Shown here: positions 30,989-40,874 of the stretch, one piece after another
Layout: every line of letters starts with the position of its first letter
How positions within the stretch are numbered: position 1 is the first letter of the stretch
Assembly: GCA_963706595.1 (NCBI GenBank)
Contig: OY970166.1
Location: forward strand, 4,064,001 to 4,128,000
Length of the DNA: 64,000 bases
Reading direction: 5' to 3'
From: an uncultured cyanobacterium
GTDB lineage: Bacteria; Cyanobacteriota; Cyanobacteriia; Cyanobacteriales; Nostocaceae
The notes under the pieces: model-generated
Told to the model about the DNA's origin: nothing
Database searches by the model: none
Seen by the model: only the letters and a program-made list of their open reading frames with translations
Position numbers and translations under genes: made by a program

Positions 30989-32563
30989 ATGTACAAACAA
31001 AAATTGAAAAGGAAAACTAGGCATCTATCTGCCAGAAAATCCGCTAAACGTACACAAATTAACTCAAAATTTCAGGAACTTAAACTAGGAATTAAGAAAC
31101 TTTCTCCTAGCTGGCAAGCCTGCTTACCTTTAGCTTGTTTGATTGTTTTGGGCTGGGGTTATGTTGCCGTTGCTCAAACACCAGATGCCGGACCAACCAC
31201 AGCAGAATTGAAAGTTGCGCTGGATACTCTTTGGGTAGCGATCGCCGCTTTTTTAGTATTCTTTATGAATGCTGGTTTCGGGATGTTAGAAACTGGCTTC
31301 TGTCGCCAGAAAAATGCCGTCAACGTTCTTTCTAAAAACTTAATTGTTTTTGCTCTAGCTAGTATTGCCTTTTGGGCAATTGGCTTTGGCATTATGTTCG
31401 GTGATGGCAATGACTTCTTCGGAATCTCTGGATTTTTCCTCTCAGGAGCAGATAACAGTCCTGTAACAGGCGATGCTTATCAAGGTGTCTTCAGTTCTCT
31501 GAGTTGGGCGGGTGTACCTTTAGCCGCCAAGTTTTTATTTCAATTGGCATTTGCGGGAACTGCGGCCACAATTGTTTCTGGTGCAGTTGCCGAACGGATT
31601 AAATTTGCTGACTTCTTAATCTTCAGCATCCTACTTGTAGGTATTGCCTACCCCATTACCGGACATTGGGTTTGGGGTGGTGGTTGGTTAAGTAAATTTG
31701 GATTCTGGGATTTTGCTGGTTCTACAGTCGTTCACTCCGTTGGTGGTTGGGCGGCTTTAATGGGAGCAGCATTTCTTGGTCCACGTATCGGTAAATATCA
31801 AGAACAGCAAGTTGTGGCTTTACCTGGTCACAATATGAGTATTGCCACCTTGGGCTGTTTAATTCTCTGGTTGGGCTGGTTTGGTTTTAACCCCGGTTCC
31901 ACAATGGCTGCTGATGGCAATGCGATCGCTCACATAGCTGTTACAACTAATATGGCTGCTGCTGCGGGTGCAGTTGCCGCTACAGGTACAGCTTGGATTT
32001 ACTTAGGTAAACCAGACCTATCAATGATTATCAACGGCGTATTGGCGGGCTTGGTAGCAATCACAGCATCTTGTGCTTACGTGAGTATTCCGGCTTCTTT
32101 AATCATTGGCTTCATTGGGGGAGTCATCGTAGTTTTCTCAGTTACACTCTTTGACAAAATCCGCATTGATGACCCAGTAGGCGCGACCTCAGTTCACCTA
32201 ATTTGCGGTATCTGGGGAACTCTCGCCGTGGGTCTGTGGTCTGCCGGTCCTGGTGTTTATTCCTGGTATGGTGAAGGTGCGGGACCAACTGCGGGTTTAT
32301 TTGCCGGCGGTGGCTTGGGACAGTTATTCATTCAACTGGTGGGAATTCTGAGTGTAGGCGGGATGACAGTTGTGGTCAGCAGCATCTTCTGGTTGTTGCT
32401 CAAGGCTACTTTAGGTATCCGAGTATCTCGCGAAGAAGAATTAGAAGGTTTGGATATCAGCGAACACGGTATGGAAGCATACAATGGATTCGTGACAGAA
32501 ACTAGCTCCGGAGGATTTCCCGAAGGATATGGTTCATCTGGAATCTCACAAGACAAATATTAA
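30989..32563 (+). CDS. amt: Ammonium transporter (Amt1-like)
   Basis: [55 protein letters not shown]. Confidence 0.96.
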   Translation: MYKQKLKRKTRHLSARKSAKRTQINSKFQELKLGIKKLSPSWQACLPLACLIVLGWGYVAVAQTPDAGPTTAELKVALDTLWVAIAAFLVFFMNAGFGMLETGFCRQKNAVNVLSKNLIVFALASIAFWAIGFGIMFGDGNDFFGISGFFLSGADNSPVTGDAYQGVFSSLSWAGVPLAAKFLFQLAFAGTAATIVSGAVAERIKFADFLIFSILLVGIAYPITGHWVWGGGWLSKFGFWDFAGSTVVHSVGGWAALMGAAFLGPRIGKYQEQQVVALPGHNMSIATLGCLILWLGWFGFNPGSTMAADGNAIAHIAVTTNMAAAAGAVAATGTAWIYLGKPDLSMIINGVLAGLVAITASCAYVSIPASLIIGFIGGVIVVFSVTLFDKIRIDDPVGATSVHLICGIWGTLAVGLWSAGPGVYSWYGEGAGPTAGLFAGGGLGQLFIQLVGILSVGGMTVVVSSIFWLLLKATLGIRVSREEELEGLDISEHGMEAYNGFVTETSSGGFPEGYGSSGISQDKY

Positions 32564-32644
32564 TTAGTCATTTGTCATTAGTCATTTGTCCTTAGTTCTT
32601 GAGGGTGCATAAATGACCAAGCACTCCGCGTATTTATTGCTGAA

Positions 32645-32690
32645 CCCGCCCATGAGATTTTTGACATCAATCCCAGTGGCGGGTTTTTTC
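32645..32690 (+). terminator. Probable intrinsic terminator of amt
   Basis: CCCGCC...GGCGGG stem followed by TTTTTT. Confidence 0.55.
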
Positions 32691-32789
32691 ATGCAAAATT
32701 TTTTCTCGCTTAAAGTTATGGGAAGTGCTAAGTGCTAATGACATATTGGCGCTGGCGATTTAAAATCTGAGTCAAATCATTGGTATATT

Positions 32790-33623
32790 TTGCTATTTGT
32801 GTCCACTTCTGCAAAAACCTTTCCGATCTGGGGATTTTTCTTGCTGGTAACCAACAGCATACTAATGTTGGCGGTCATCTTGCTGATTTGGCAACAGCAG
32901 CGATTAAAGGCTGTTTTTGGCAATCCACTCTCCCCCGACTCAGTTCGTCAAACTCAAGCCGTCACACTAGATTTAGGTCGCCGTCATCAACTCGGTTATC
33001 AGCAGTGGCTAGATATTCTCAAGCAAGAAGCTCAAGTGGCTTCTGACCAGCCTCCTGAGCGTTTAAGCATCCTCACAGGAGATTCTCTGAGTCTGTGGTT
33101 TCCGCCCCAGTTGCTACCCGAAGACAGAAATTGGCTCAATCAGGCGATTTCGGGTGAATCCAGTGATGGGCTATTAAAAAGATTAGACTTATTTGACCGT
33201 ACCCAGCCAGAGGTAATTTTTGTGATGATTGGCATTAATGATCTCATCCGGGGGGTAAGCGATCAAGTGATTTTAAAGAATCAGCGTCGAATTATGACTT
33301 ACCTGCGTAAAACCCATCCTCAAGCGCAAATTGTTGTTCAGTCGATTTTGCCTCATGGGGATGAAGCCGCAACTTGGGAGGGAAGAGAGAAACTGCTGAA
33401 GATTCCCAACAGTCGGATTCGCCAGTTAAATCAACAACTCCAAAAAACAGCTACCAAAGTTGGTGTTAAATATCTTGACTTGTATCCTTTATTTACCAAC
33501 CAGCAGGGTAATCTCCGCAGTGAATTTACCACTGATGGTTTACATCTCAATCCTACAGGTTATGTAGTTTGGCGGACTGCGTTACAAATGTATAGCAATA
33601 TGGAAGTAGGGCGTGGGGAGTAG
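32790..33623 (+). CDS. SGNH/GDSL hydrolase with N-terminal TM segment
   Basis: GDSLS, GIND, DGLHLN blocks; start may be GTG 32799. Confidence 0.9.
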   Translation: MLFVSTSAKTFPIWGFFLLVTNSILMLAVILLIWQQQRLKAVFGNPLSPDSVRQTQAVTLDLGRRHQLGYQQWLDILKQEAQVASDQPPERLSILTGDSLSLWFPPQLLPEDRNWLNQAISGESSDGLLKRLDLFDRTQPEVIFVMIGINDLIRGVSDQVILKNQRRIMTYLRKTHPQAQIVVQSILPHGDEAATWEGREKLLKIPNSRIRQLNQQLQKTATKVGVKYLDLYPLFTNQQGNLRSEFTTDGLHLNPTGYVVWRTALQMYSNMEVGRGE

Positions 33624-33742
33624 GGAGTGGGGAGTGGGGATTAGGGAGTGGGGAGTAAGCGGAATATTTTCCCATTGCCTAGAAAATAGCGTCTTAGCAC
33701 GAGAAAATAAGAAATAGTCATTGAAACTGCCAAAAAAGAACA

Positions 33743-34952
33743 ATGGATACAAAAGCTTTTAAACGGACACTGCAACATTCGGAAAATTACAACCGCAAGG
33801 GATTTGGTCACAAAGCAGAAGTTACTACCCAGTTGCAATCTGAGTATCAAAGTGACTTGATTCAAGAAATCCGCGATCGCAACTACACATTGCAACGAGG
33901 TGATGTCACCATCAGACTAGCCCAAGCCTTTGGTTTTTGCTGGGGTGTAGAACGCGCGATCGCAATGGCTTATGAAACCCGTCAGCATTTCCCCACAGAA
34001 CGCATCTGGATTACTAACGAGATTATTCACAATCCCTCTGTGAATCAGCGAATGCAGGAAATGAATATCGGATTTATTCCTGTACAAGCAAATCAAAAAG
34101 ATTTTTCAGTGGTAAAAACTGGTGATGTGGTCATCCTACCTGCATTTGGAGCCAGCGTTCAAGAAATGCAGATTCTCCATGATCAAGGTTGCAAAATTGT
34201 TGATACCACTTGTCCTTGGGTATCTAAAGTCTGGAATACCGTGGAAAAGCACAAAAAAGTGGCTTACACTTCCATTATTCACGGTAAATATAAGCACGAA
34301 GAAACAATTGCTACAAGTTCCTTTGCTGGCAAATATCTGATTGTGCTGAATTTGAAAGAAGCCCAATATGTTGTAGATTACATTCTCAATGGTGGCAACC
34401 GCGAGGAATTTTTGCAAAAATTTGCTAAAGCTTGTTCGGCAGGATTTGACCCTGATCAGGACTTACAACGAGTGGGGATTGCTAATCAAACCACTATGCT
34501 CAAAGATGAAACTGAGCAAATTGGCAAGCTGTTTGAGCGCACCATGATGCAGAAGTATGGAACCATTGAGTTAAATCAGCATTTCCAAAGCTTTAATACC
34601 ATCTGTGATGCTACCCAAGAGCGGCAAGATGCCATGTTGGAATTAGTACAAGAAGACTTAGACTTCATGCTAGTAATTGGGGGATTTAATTCATCCAATA
34701 CCGCCCAATTACAACAAATTGCGGACCGAGAGAAAAATTCCTTCCTATCACATTGATTGTGTAGAAAGAATAAAATCAGCAAATGCTATTGAACATCGCC
34801 AGTTAAATGGAGAATTAGCGATCGCGCAAAATTGGCTACCCAATGGCAAAATTATCGTCGGAGTGACTTCCGGTGCTTCCACACCCGATAAAGTAGTCGA
34901 AGATATCATGGAAAAGATTTTTGCATTAAAAGCCTTAGTCCCAGCACTTTAA
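33743..34952 (+). pseudogene. ispH: 4-hydroxy-3-methylbut-2-enyl diphosphate reductase with a +1 frameshift near 34725 (probably an artefact)
   Basis: [34 protein letters not shown]; the C-terminal GVTSGASTPD motif lies in another frame (ORF 34677-34952). Confidence 0.9.
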
Positions 34953-34965
34953 CCACAAAATCCCG

Positions 34966-35070
34966 CTCCCCTCTCCTACACCCCTCTCCTACTCCCCTCT
35001 CCTACTCCCCTCTCCTACTCCCCTTCTCCTGCTCCCTCTCCTTAGTAAGGAGAGGGTTGGGGTGAGGTTT
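34966..35070. repeat. Tandem 13-mer (CTCCCCTCTCCTA)n ending in a CCCTCTCC/GGAGAGGG hairpin
   Basis: Read directly between the convergent ispH and TPR genes. Confidence 0.75.
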
Positions 35071-35071
35071 T

Positions 35072-37288
35072 CTACAACTTAGGTAAAATTTCCGGTAACA
35101 AATGACCAGGAACCTGAGATAAAGCGAGATTTTGTCCCTGTATCCCCAATTTACTGTGGAAAGCCCGAATTGTTTTCACCACATAAGCGAAAGTTGTTTG
35201 ATAAGCCTCTGATTGTTGGCTAAATCCATTCAAGGCTTGCAAATGATGATTTAATGCTGCCTCTAAATGTTGCGAACTTGCGGCTTTGTCACCATGAAAA
35301 CAATCATCTGTTACTAGCTGATAATGAGCTAATCCCAAATTATTGTGAGCAGCAAACAAATCAAAACTTAAAGGTGTACCGCTAATTGAGTTAGCCAAGG
35401 CAATAGCTTCATCATAAGCATCAATACACAATTGTAATAATTTTTGGCGTGACTCTTTACTGGTTTGAGATAAGTTTGATAAATGCCAGTATGCAGTCCC
35501 CAAATTATTTTGTGTCGCAGCACAAGCACTGGGAAGATTCGCTGGAGTCCGATATTTCAGCGCTTCACAGTAAACATCAATCGCTAGTTGCAGGTTTTTG
35601 GCTGGTTGTTCGTCGTATTGTGCCAAATTCCAGTAGGCAGTGCCGATATTATTTTGAATCATGCCATACTTCAACGGTTCCTGTTCGGGGCTGTAGTGAG
35701 CCAACGCTTGACTGTATGAGGCGATCGCCTTGTGCAAATGCACCACTGGTTGATCATACTGCCCTAAATGCCAGTAAGCAGTGCCTAAATTATTTTGGCA
35801 AGCCGCATACTTTAATGGTTCCATATCGGCTTGACGATACCGCAGCGCTTCACTGTAAGCTAATACTGCTTGTTGCCAATTATCCGCAGAATTAGCAAAA
35901 CGAGCTAAATCACCATAAGCAGTCCCTAAATTATTTTGAACTCGTGCATAGGTTTCTGACTGTTCTTCGGCAGATATCAGCCTTAAAGCCAAATGATAAA
36001 ATTCAATTGCTTGTTCTATGTAAGCTTTTCCATCCCCTGAGTTATGGGGGGCGCGGTACAGCATCCAGTAAAGTGTACCCAAGTCATTTAAAATATCTGG
36101 GAGTTGCGGTGATGTTTCATCACAGGCGATCGCCTCCTGATAGGCAAGAATTGCCACCATCAAATTTTCTAAACTCGACTTTCCCTGTTCAATCCGTAAG
36201 CGATATAAGTTTCCTAAATTGTGATAAGCTGCCGCCAATACCTCTCCAGAGGCTTGTTGTGAGTGTAGTTCCTCAATCTCTAACAGCATTTGCTGCGGTT
36301 GTTGGTTATCCTCTCCATCTTCATCAAGCTTTGTGTTCATTGTTCCTAGAACTAGCTCGGCTAAGTCCTGGCTAATGTGAGACAACGACCCTGGCGATTG
36401 GCTATGATCTTGATTGGATCTAGACGTGGATTTCCGTTGCTGCGTTTCAACCTTCAGTAATTCCGAAGTTAAATGCCAAGCTTCTGGCTTTTTATCTGGC
36501 TGCTTTCTTGGTGATTCCACCGGGAAGTCAAAGTCATCCCCAAATTTTAAGCCGTTGGCAGACGCGGCTTTGAGTTCGGCTTCAATAACTGCTTCATCCA
36601 AAACAGATTGCTCAATATCTTCTAAATCCAAATCTCTAGAACGGTCAGAACGTTCTGGATAACCTTGATTTTCTGTTGTGGGCGTGGGTTCCCCCGCAAA
36701 CACAAACACACCAGTCCGCCAACGCCAAAACTGTGGTGCTGACTGCTGAATGGCAGACAACCAAGGACGCGATACCCACAACAGCATACTGGAATCTAAA
36801 AACTGACTGGACTCTTGACTAGAAAAATTTTCTTCACTTAAGCGCAGATAGTGTAAAAATAAACGCTGTATCGCTACTGGTTGCTTAGTTAACTGTTCCA
36901 CACCGACAATTTGAAATATCGGTATTGGTAGGGGTCTTCCAGACGTATCTTTTGATGCCCCAATAATTGGTGGTGGATAATTAGCTAACCATTGATTTAT
37001 ATGATCTATGGGATTCGGATCACTTAAATTCAACCTCAATGTCACTAATCGCGGATAAGCTGGAGTGCTAGATTCCTGACCATCCACAGATTTATATAGC
37101 ACTTGCCCCACTGGATAAGCTAAAGTGGAATGCAAACGAGCCGCTACTTGATTTCGCAAGTGTAAATTGTCACTGACTGCTAAAAAAACTTGTCGTCTTA
37201 AACCAAGACTGAGGGAAAGTTTCAGACGATGATATACTTGGCGATTCCAAGTAAAATTATTGGGGTGTGTAGTATCATTCACGCTCAT
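35072..37288 (-). CDS. Tetratricopeptide repeat protein
   Basis: Repeated A..QNNLGTAYW.L TPR units; N-terminal alpha/beta domain ending APQFWRWRTGVFVF. Confidence 0.88.
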   Translation of the reverse strand: MSVNDTTHPNNFTWNRQVYHRLKLSLSLGLRRQVFLAVSDNLHLRNQVAARLHSTLAYPVGQVLYKSVDGQESSTPAYPRLVTLRLNLSDPNPIDHINQWLANYPPPIIGASKDTSGRPLPIPIFQIVGVEQLTKQPVAIQRLFLHYLRLSEENFSSQESSQFLDSSMLLWVSRPWLSAIQQSAPQFWRWRTGVFVFAGEPTPTTENQGYPERSDRSRDLDLEDIEQSVLDEAVIEAELKAASANGLKFGDDFDFPVESPRKQPDKKPEAWHLTSELLKVETQQRKSTSRSNQDHSQSPGSLSHISQDLAELVLGTMNTKLDEDGEDNQQPQQMLLEIEELHSQQASGEVLAAAYHNLGNLYRLRIEQGKSSLENLMVAILAYQEAIACDETSPQLPDILNDLGTLYWMLYRAPHNSGDGKAYIEQAIEFYHLALRLISAEEQSETYARVQNNLGTAYGDLARFANSADNWQQAVLAYSEALRYRQADMEPLKYAACQNNLGTAYWHLGQYDQPVVHLHKAIASYSQALAHYSPEQEPLKYGMIQNNIGTAYWNLAQYDEQPAKNLQLAIDVYCEALKYRTPANLPSACAATQNNLGTAYWHLSNLSQTSKESRQKLLQLCIDAYDEAIALANSISGTPLSFDLFAAHNNLGLAHYQLVTDDCFHGDKAASSQHLEAALNHHLQALNGFSQQSEAYQTTFAYVVKTIRAFHSKLGIQGQNLALSQVPGHLLPEILPKL

Positions 37289-37509
37289 GGCGGCTCAGAA
37301 GCCCAAACATGGTATACATAAATTTCACAGGTCAAAGAAGAGGAACGGGGGCAGGGTGCAGGATCAATTTTTTCAGATGTTGATAATTTAAAAGTATTTA
37401 TTTATACTTGGTTCCTTATATAATTCTAACAAAAAAGAAAAAGCAAGGACCCCAATAACATGGGAACCTTGACCACCAAAATATTAAATTTTATGACAAA
37501 ATTTCCGGC

Positions 37510-37689
37510 TCAACCGACATGAGAAACAGAGAAGGCAACAACAATTAACCCAGCAACCAAAGCTGCACCAGCGAGTCCTAAGAAAATATAGGTACGTTTT
37601 TGGCTGTTTGTCGGAGGTTCTGCTGGGTAAACCTTTGGTTCGCGGGCGAAATTGTTCAGACGACCGCCTTCTTCGTTTGTATAGGGCAT
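37510..37689 (-). CDS. psb34: Photosystem II assembly factor Psb34 (Ssl1498 family), 59 aa
   Basis: Hand translation MPYTNEEGGRLNNFAREPKVYPAEPPTNSQKRTYIFLGLAGAALVAGLIVVAFSVSHVG; AAGGA RBS; absent from the ORF track. Confidence 0.85.
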   Translation of the reverse strand: MPYTNEEGGRLNNFAREPKVYPAEPPTNSQKRTYIFLGLAGAALVAGLIVVAFSVSHVG

Positions 37690-37777
37690 GAATTAATTCC
37701 TTATTATCTGCTTTTATTCGTTTTATGTTACATACACGCTATATTCTGCTTTCATACTTAGAGATAAATCTTTACGT

Positions 37778-37884
37778 TGGGGAGTGGGGAGTGGGGAGTG
37801 GGGAGTGGGGAGTGGGGAGTGGGGAATGGGGAGTGGGGAGTGGGGAATGGGGAATGGGGAGTGGGGAATGGGGAGTGGGGAGTG
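37778..37884. repeat. STRR heptamer array (TGGGGAG/TGGGGAA)n
   Basis: About 15 tandem heptamers read directly. Confidence 0.95.
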
Positions 37885-37910
37885 ATACTTAATTCCCAAT
37901 CCCCGATTCT

Positions 37911-38735
37911 TTAATTAGTAATTGTGCCTGTGAGTGGTGAACTGGCACTAGCGTAGGTTTTCAGAGGCATTCTGCCAGCTAGATATGCTAAACGACCGGC
38001 TACTGCTGCTAAATTCATGGCTTGAGCCATGACTGGGGGATTTTGGGAAAGGGCGATCGCACTATTAATTAATAAAGCATCAGCACCTAATTCCATCGCC
38101 TGAGCCGCTTCCGAGGGTGAACCAATGCCAGCATCTACCACTACTGGTATATTGGCATTTTCAATGATAATTTGAATATTAGCCGTTGTTTTCAGCCCTT
38201 GTCCTGAACCAATGGGCGACGCTAAAGGCATGACTGTGGCACAGCCCACATCTTCTAGACGCTTGGCTAACATGGGGTCTGCATTAATGTAAGGCAGGAC
38301 AGCAAAACCTTCTTTCACTAGCTGTTCAGCAGCTTGTAGCGTCCCAATCGGATCAGGAAGTAAATATTTCGGATCAGGTATAACTTCTAATTTCACAAAA
38401 TTATTATCTTCCTGTCCCAATAGTTTCGCCATTTCGCGCCCCAAACGCGCCACCCGAATGGCATCCTCTGCGGTTTCACAGCCGGCAGTATTAGGCAACA
38501 TCCAGATTTTTGTCCAATCCAAAGCTTCAGCTAAACCTTCATGTCCTGCGGCTTTCGTTTGCACCCTTCTGACTGCCACAGTCACAATCTGACAACCACT
38601 AGCAACAACACTTTGCTGCATTTCCGCAATACTGCGATATTTGCCCGTCCCCGTCATCAACCGAGATTGAAAAGTCTTCCCAGCAATTACCAATGGTGAA
38701 TTTGTAGAGACGCGATTCATCGCGTCTTCATTCAA
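37911..38735 (-). CDS. thiG: Thiazole synthase
   Basis: [43 protein letters not shown]; start uncertain (TTG 38735 or ATG 38720). Confidence 0.93.
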   Translation of the reverse strand: MNEDAMNRVSTNSPLVIAGKTFQSRLMTGTGKYRSIAEMQQSVVASGCQIVTVAVRRVQTKAAGHEGLAEALDWTKIWMLPNTAGCETAEDAIRVARLGREMAKLLGQEDNNFVKLEVIPDPKYLLPDPIGTLQAAEQLVKEGFAVLPYINADPMLAKRLEDVGCATVMPLASPIGSGQGLKTTANIQIIIENANIPVVVDAGIGSPSEAAQAMELGADALLINSAIALSQNPPVMAQAMNLAAVAGRLAYLAGRMPLKTYASASSPLTGTITN

Positions 38736-38741
38736 CGCGAT

Positions 38742-39896
38742 TCATGCGTCATCAACGATATTTCCGTTAGAGAAGTTAGCAGAGTGAGTGAACATAGAAG
38801 TGGGGGTAGATGACTGACTATGAAAGCGGGAATAGTGGAAATTAGACAATATCGGATCAGATTTGTGTTCCCAAATCAAATCGGCAATTAAGGCTGCGGT
38901 GATCGGCGCAAGTAATATACCATTACGATAATGACCTGTCGCCAAGGTTAAATTTTGACAGTGGCTAGTGCCAAAAATCGGTAACTCATCAGGTGTGGCG
39001 GGACGAAATCCCCACCAAAATTCCTGAATGGGATAATCCTGTAATTGGGGATAGAGACTTATGGCTTGTTGAAGTAAAGTTTGAATACCTGCGGGGGTGT
39101 TGTGGGGCGTAAAACCCACATCTTCACTCGTCGCCCCAATAATAATCGAACGGTTTCGCCTTGGTACGATGTAAATATTATCTCCGAACAAAACTCTTGT
39201 CAGGGGCAATTCTGGGATAAAATCTGGAACTCGCACCCTGAGCATTTGTCCTTTGCGAGGACTCACAGGTAATGGTAATAATTCATTAGACCATGCACCT
39301 GTAGCTAAAACATAATGGTCAGCACGAATCACGCCTGTGTTGGTTTGTACACCAACAACCTCTCCAGACTGCTGTAAAAATGCTTCTACTTTAATGCCAT
39401 CTTTAAATTCCACACCCAGAGACTCAGCAGCCGTCCTCAGTACATTTATTAAAGCCCGATTATCAACTTGTCCATCTTCTGGATACCACCAGCCACCAAC
39501 GACTTCTGAACCCAATCCTGGCTGATATTGATGAATTGCTGCTTGATTTAGCCAATATGGGAATTGGGCAGTGGTGGAAGCATTTAATTTATCTTTTTGT
39601 CCTTGATAAACTGGTGCTAAGATTCCACAAGGCCAGTAACCAGTATTTAAACCAGTCAAATCTTCAAGTTTGTGTGTCCAGTCTGGATATAAGGCACGCG
39701 ATCGCCTGCACAAAGAAAGCATTGCACCATTGGGGATGTTTTCCGCATCTGGTGCTAACATCCCGGCGGCGGCGTGGGTAGCAGCAGCCTGAAAATCACG
39801 GCAAAGCACGGTGACAGAGCCGCCGCGCAATTTTAACTCTACGGCGATCGCCAAGCCAATAACACCGCCACCAATAATTAAAACGTCACTAGTCAT
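38742..39896 (-). CDS. thiO: Glycine oxidase
   Basis: IIGGGVIG, AAAGMLAP, WWGFRP, ATGHYRNGILLAP. Confidence 0.93.
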   Translation of the reverse strand: MTSDVLIIGGGVIGLAIAVELKLRGGSVTVLCRDFQAAATHAAAGMLAPDAENIPNGAMLSLCRRSRALYPDWTHKLEDLTGLNTGYWPCGILAPVYQGQKDKLNASTTAQFPYWLNQAAIHQYQPGLGSEVVGGWWYPEDGQVDNRALINVLRTAAESLGVEFKDGIKVEAFLQQSGEVVGVQTNTGVIRADHYVLATGAWSNELLPLPVSPRKGQMLRVRVPDFIPELPLTRVLFGDNIYIVPRRNRSIIIGATSEDVGFTPHNTPAGIQTLLQQAISLYPQLQDYPIQEFWWGFRPATPDELPIFGTSHCQNLTLATGHYRNGILLAPITAALIADLIWEHKSDPILSNFHYSRFHSQSSTPTSMFTHSANFSNGNIVDDA

Positions 39897-39983
39897 TAGT
39901 CATTAGTCATTTATCATTAGCTATTTACCATTAGTACATAAACTAATAACCCATAACTAATAACTCGTCACGACTATCCTGGT

Positions 39984-40436
39984 TTACCACAAAGCCCGAA
40001 TTGGACTTCTAGCCCGATTGCTGGTGCTAGCTGTGTTGCTGGTTGAGGTTGTACCTGAGCTAAAGTCTGTGCTTCTAGTTCCTGATGTTGTAGTAGTATC
40101 AGAGCTTGAGAACGAATCATTACTCTGAGCAACACTACCTCTATTTTCAGAAGTAGAAAAGCTATCTTGAGCAACACTACCTCTATTTTCAGAAGTAGAA
40201 AAATTATCCTGAGCAACGCTACCGCTACTTTCAGGGGCTGTCTCGTTACTTGTAGTCCTACTAGGAGCGGAGCTATTAACATTAATATTAGCTGGGAGTA
40301 CTTTGGATGTTTTGCCGTCAGCAGCATCATTCCTGGCCGTTTGTTGTCCACCCATCGGAAAATTGATCCCTAACAACGTACCAAATAAAATTGCCAAGCC
40401 TCCGGCCATGAGAATTAGTGGAGTCCATCTACCCAT
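39984..40436 (-). CDS. Hypothetical membrane-anchored Ser/Thr-rich protein
   Basis: N-terminal TM, internal 14-aa tandem repeat, C-terminal PIRALW; GGAG RBS. Confidence 0.7.
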   Translation of the reverse strand: MGRWTPLILMAGGLAILFGTLLGINFPMGGQQTARNDAADGKTSKVLPANINVNSSAPSRTTSNETAPESSGSVAQDNFSTSENRGSVAQDSFSTSENRGSVAQSNDSFSSSDTTTTSGTRSTDFSSGTTSTSNTASTSNRARSPIRALW

Positions 40437-40460
40437 CTTAATATTTTCTCCTTTTTTAAC

Positions 40461-40799
40461 CTAACCTTCTGGTGTCCATACTATTTGGGAACCTTGTCCC
40501 CAAAACCCATCGAATTTTGTGACTTTTACATCCCCTAGTACCTCGGTTTGACAAGCTAAACGGAGTTCAGTTGTAGGAGAATGGGGAGGAAGCGAACGTC
40601 TCGCTTTGTCTCGCCAATTTGCAACAGATACCTCACCTTCCACTTTGACTGCACAGGTTCCACAACTGCCAATGCCTCGACAGTTGATTAACTTAGCGCC
40701 GCCATTGTAGAGGTCAACACCATTTTGCTGCAAAACTCGCCGTAAATTAGCTCTCGCGTCGCACTTAATTGTCTTACCTTGAGCTAGTACTTTGGGCAT
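40461..40799 (-). CDS. 2Fe-2S ferredoxin-like protein
   Basis: NCRGIGSCGTC...RLACQ. Confidence 0.9.
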   Translation of the reverse strand: MPKVLAQGKTIKCDARANLRRVLQQNGVDLYNGGAKLINCRGIGSCGTCAVKVEGEVSVANWRDKARRSLPPHSPTTELRLACQTEVLGDVKVTKFDGFWGQGSQIVWTPEG

Positions 40800-40874
40800 A
40801 TCTTAATTACCAAACTGGCTTTTTGTTGTATATTGGCACATCGCTTTACTCGTTGTCTCGCAAGTCTCAGTTTT

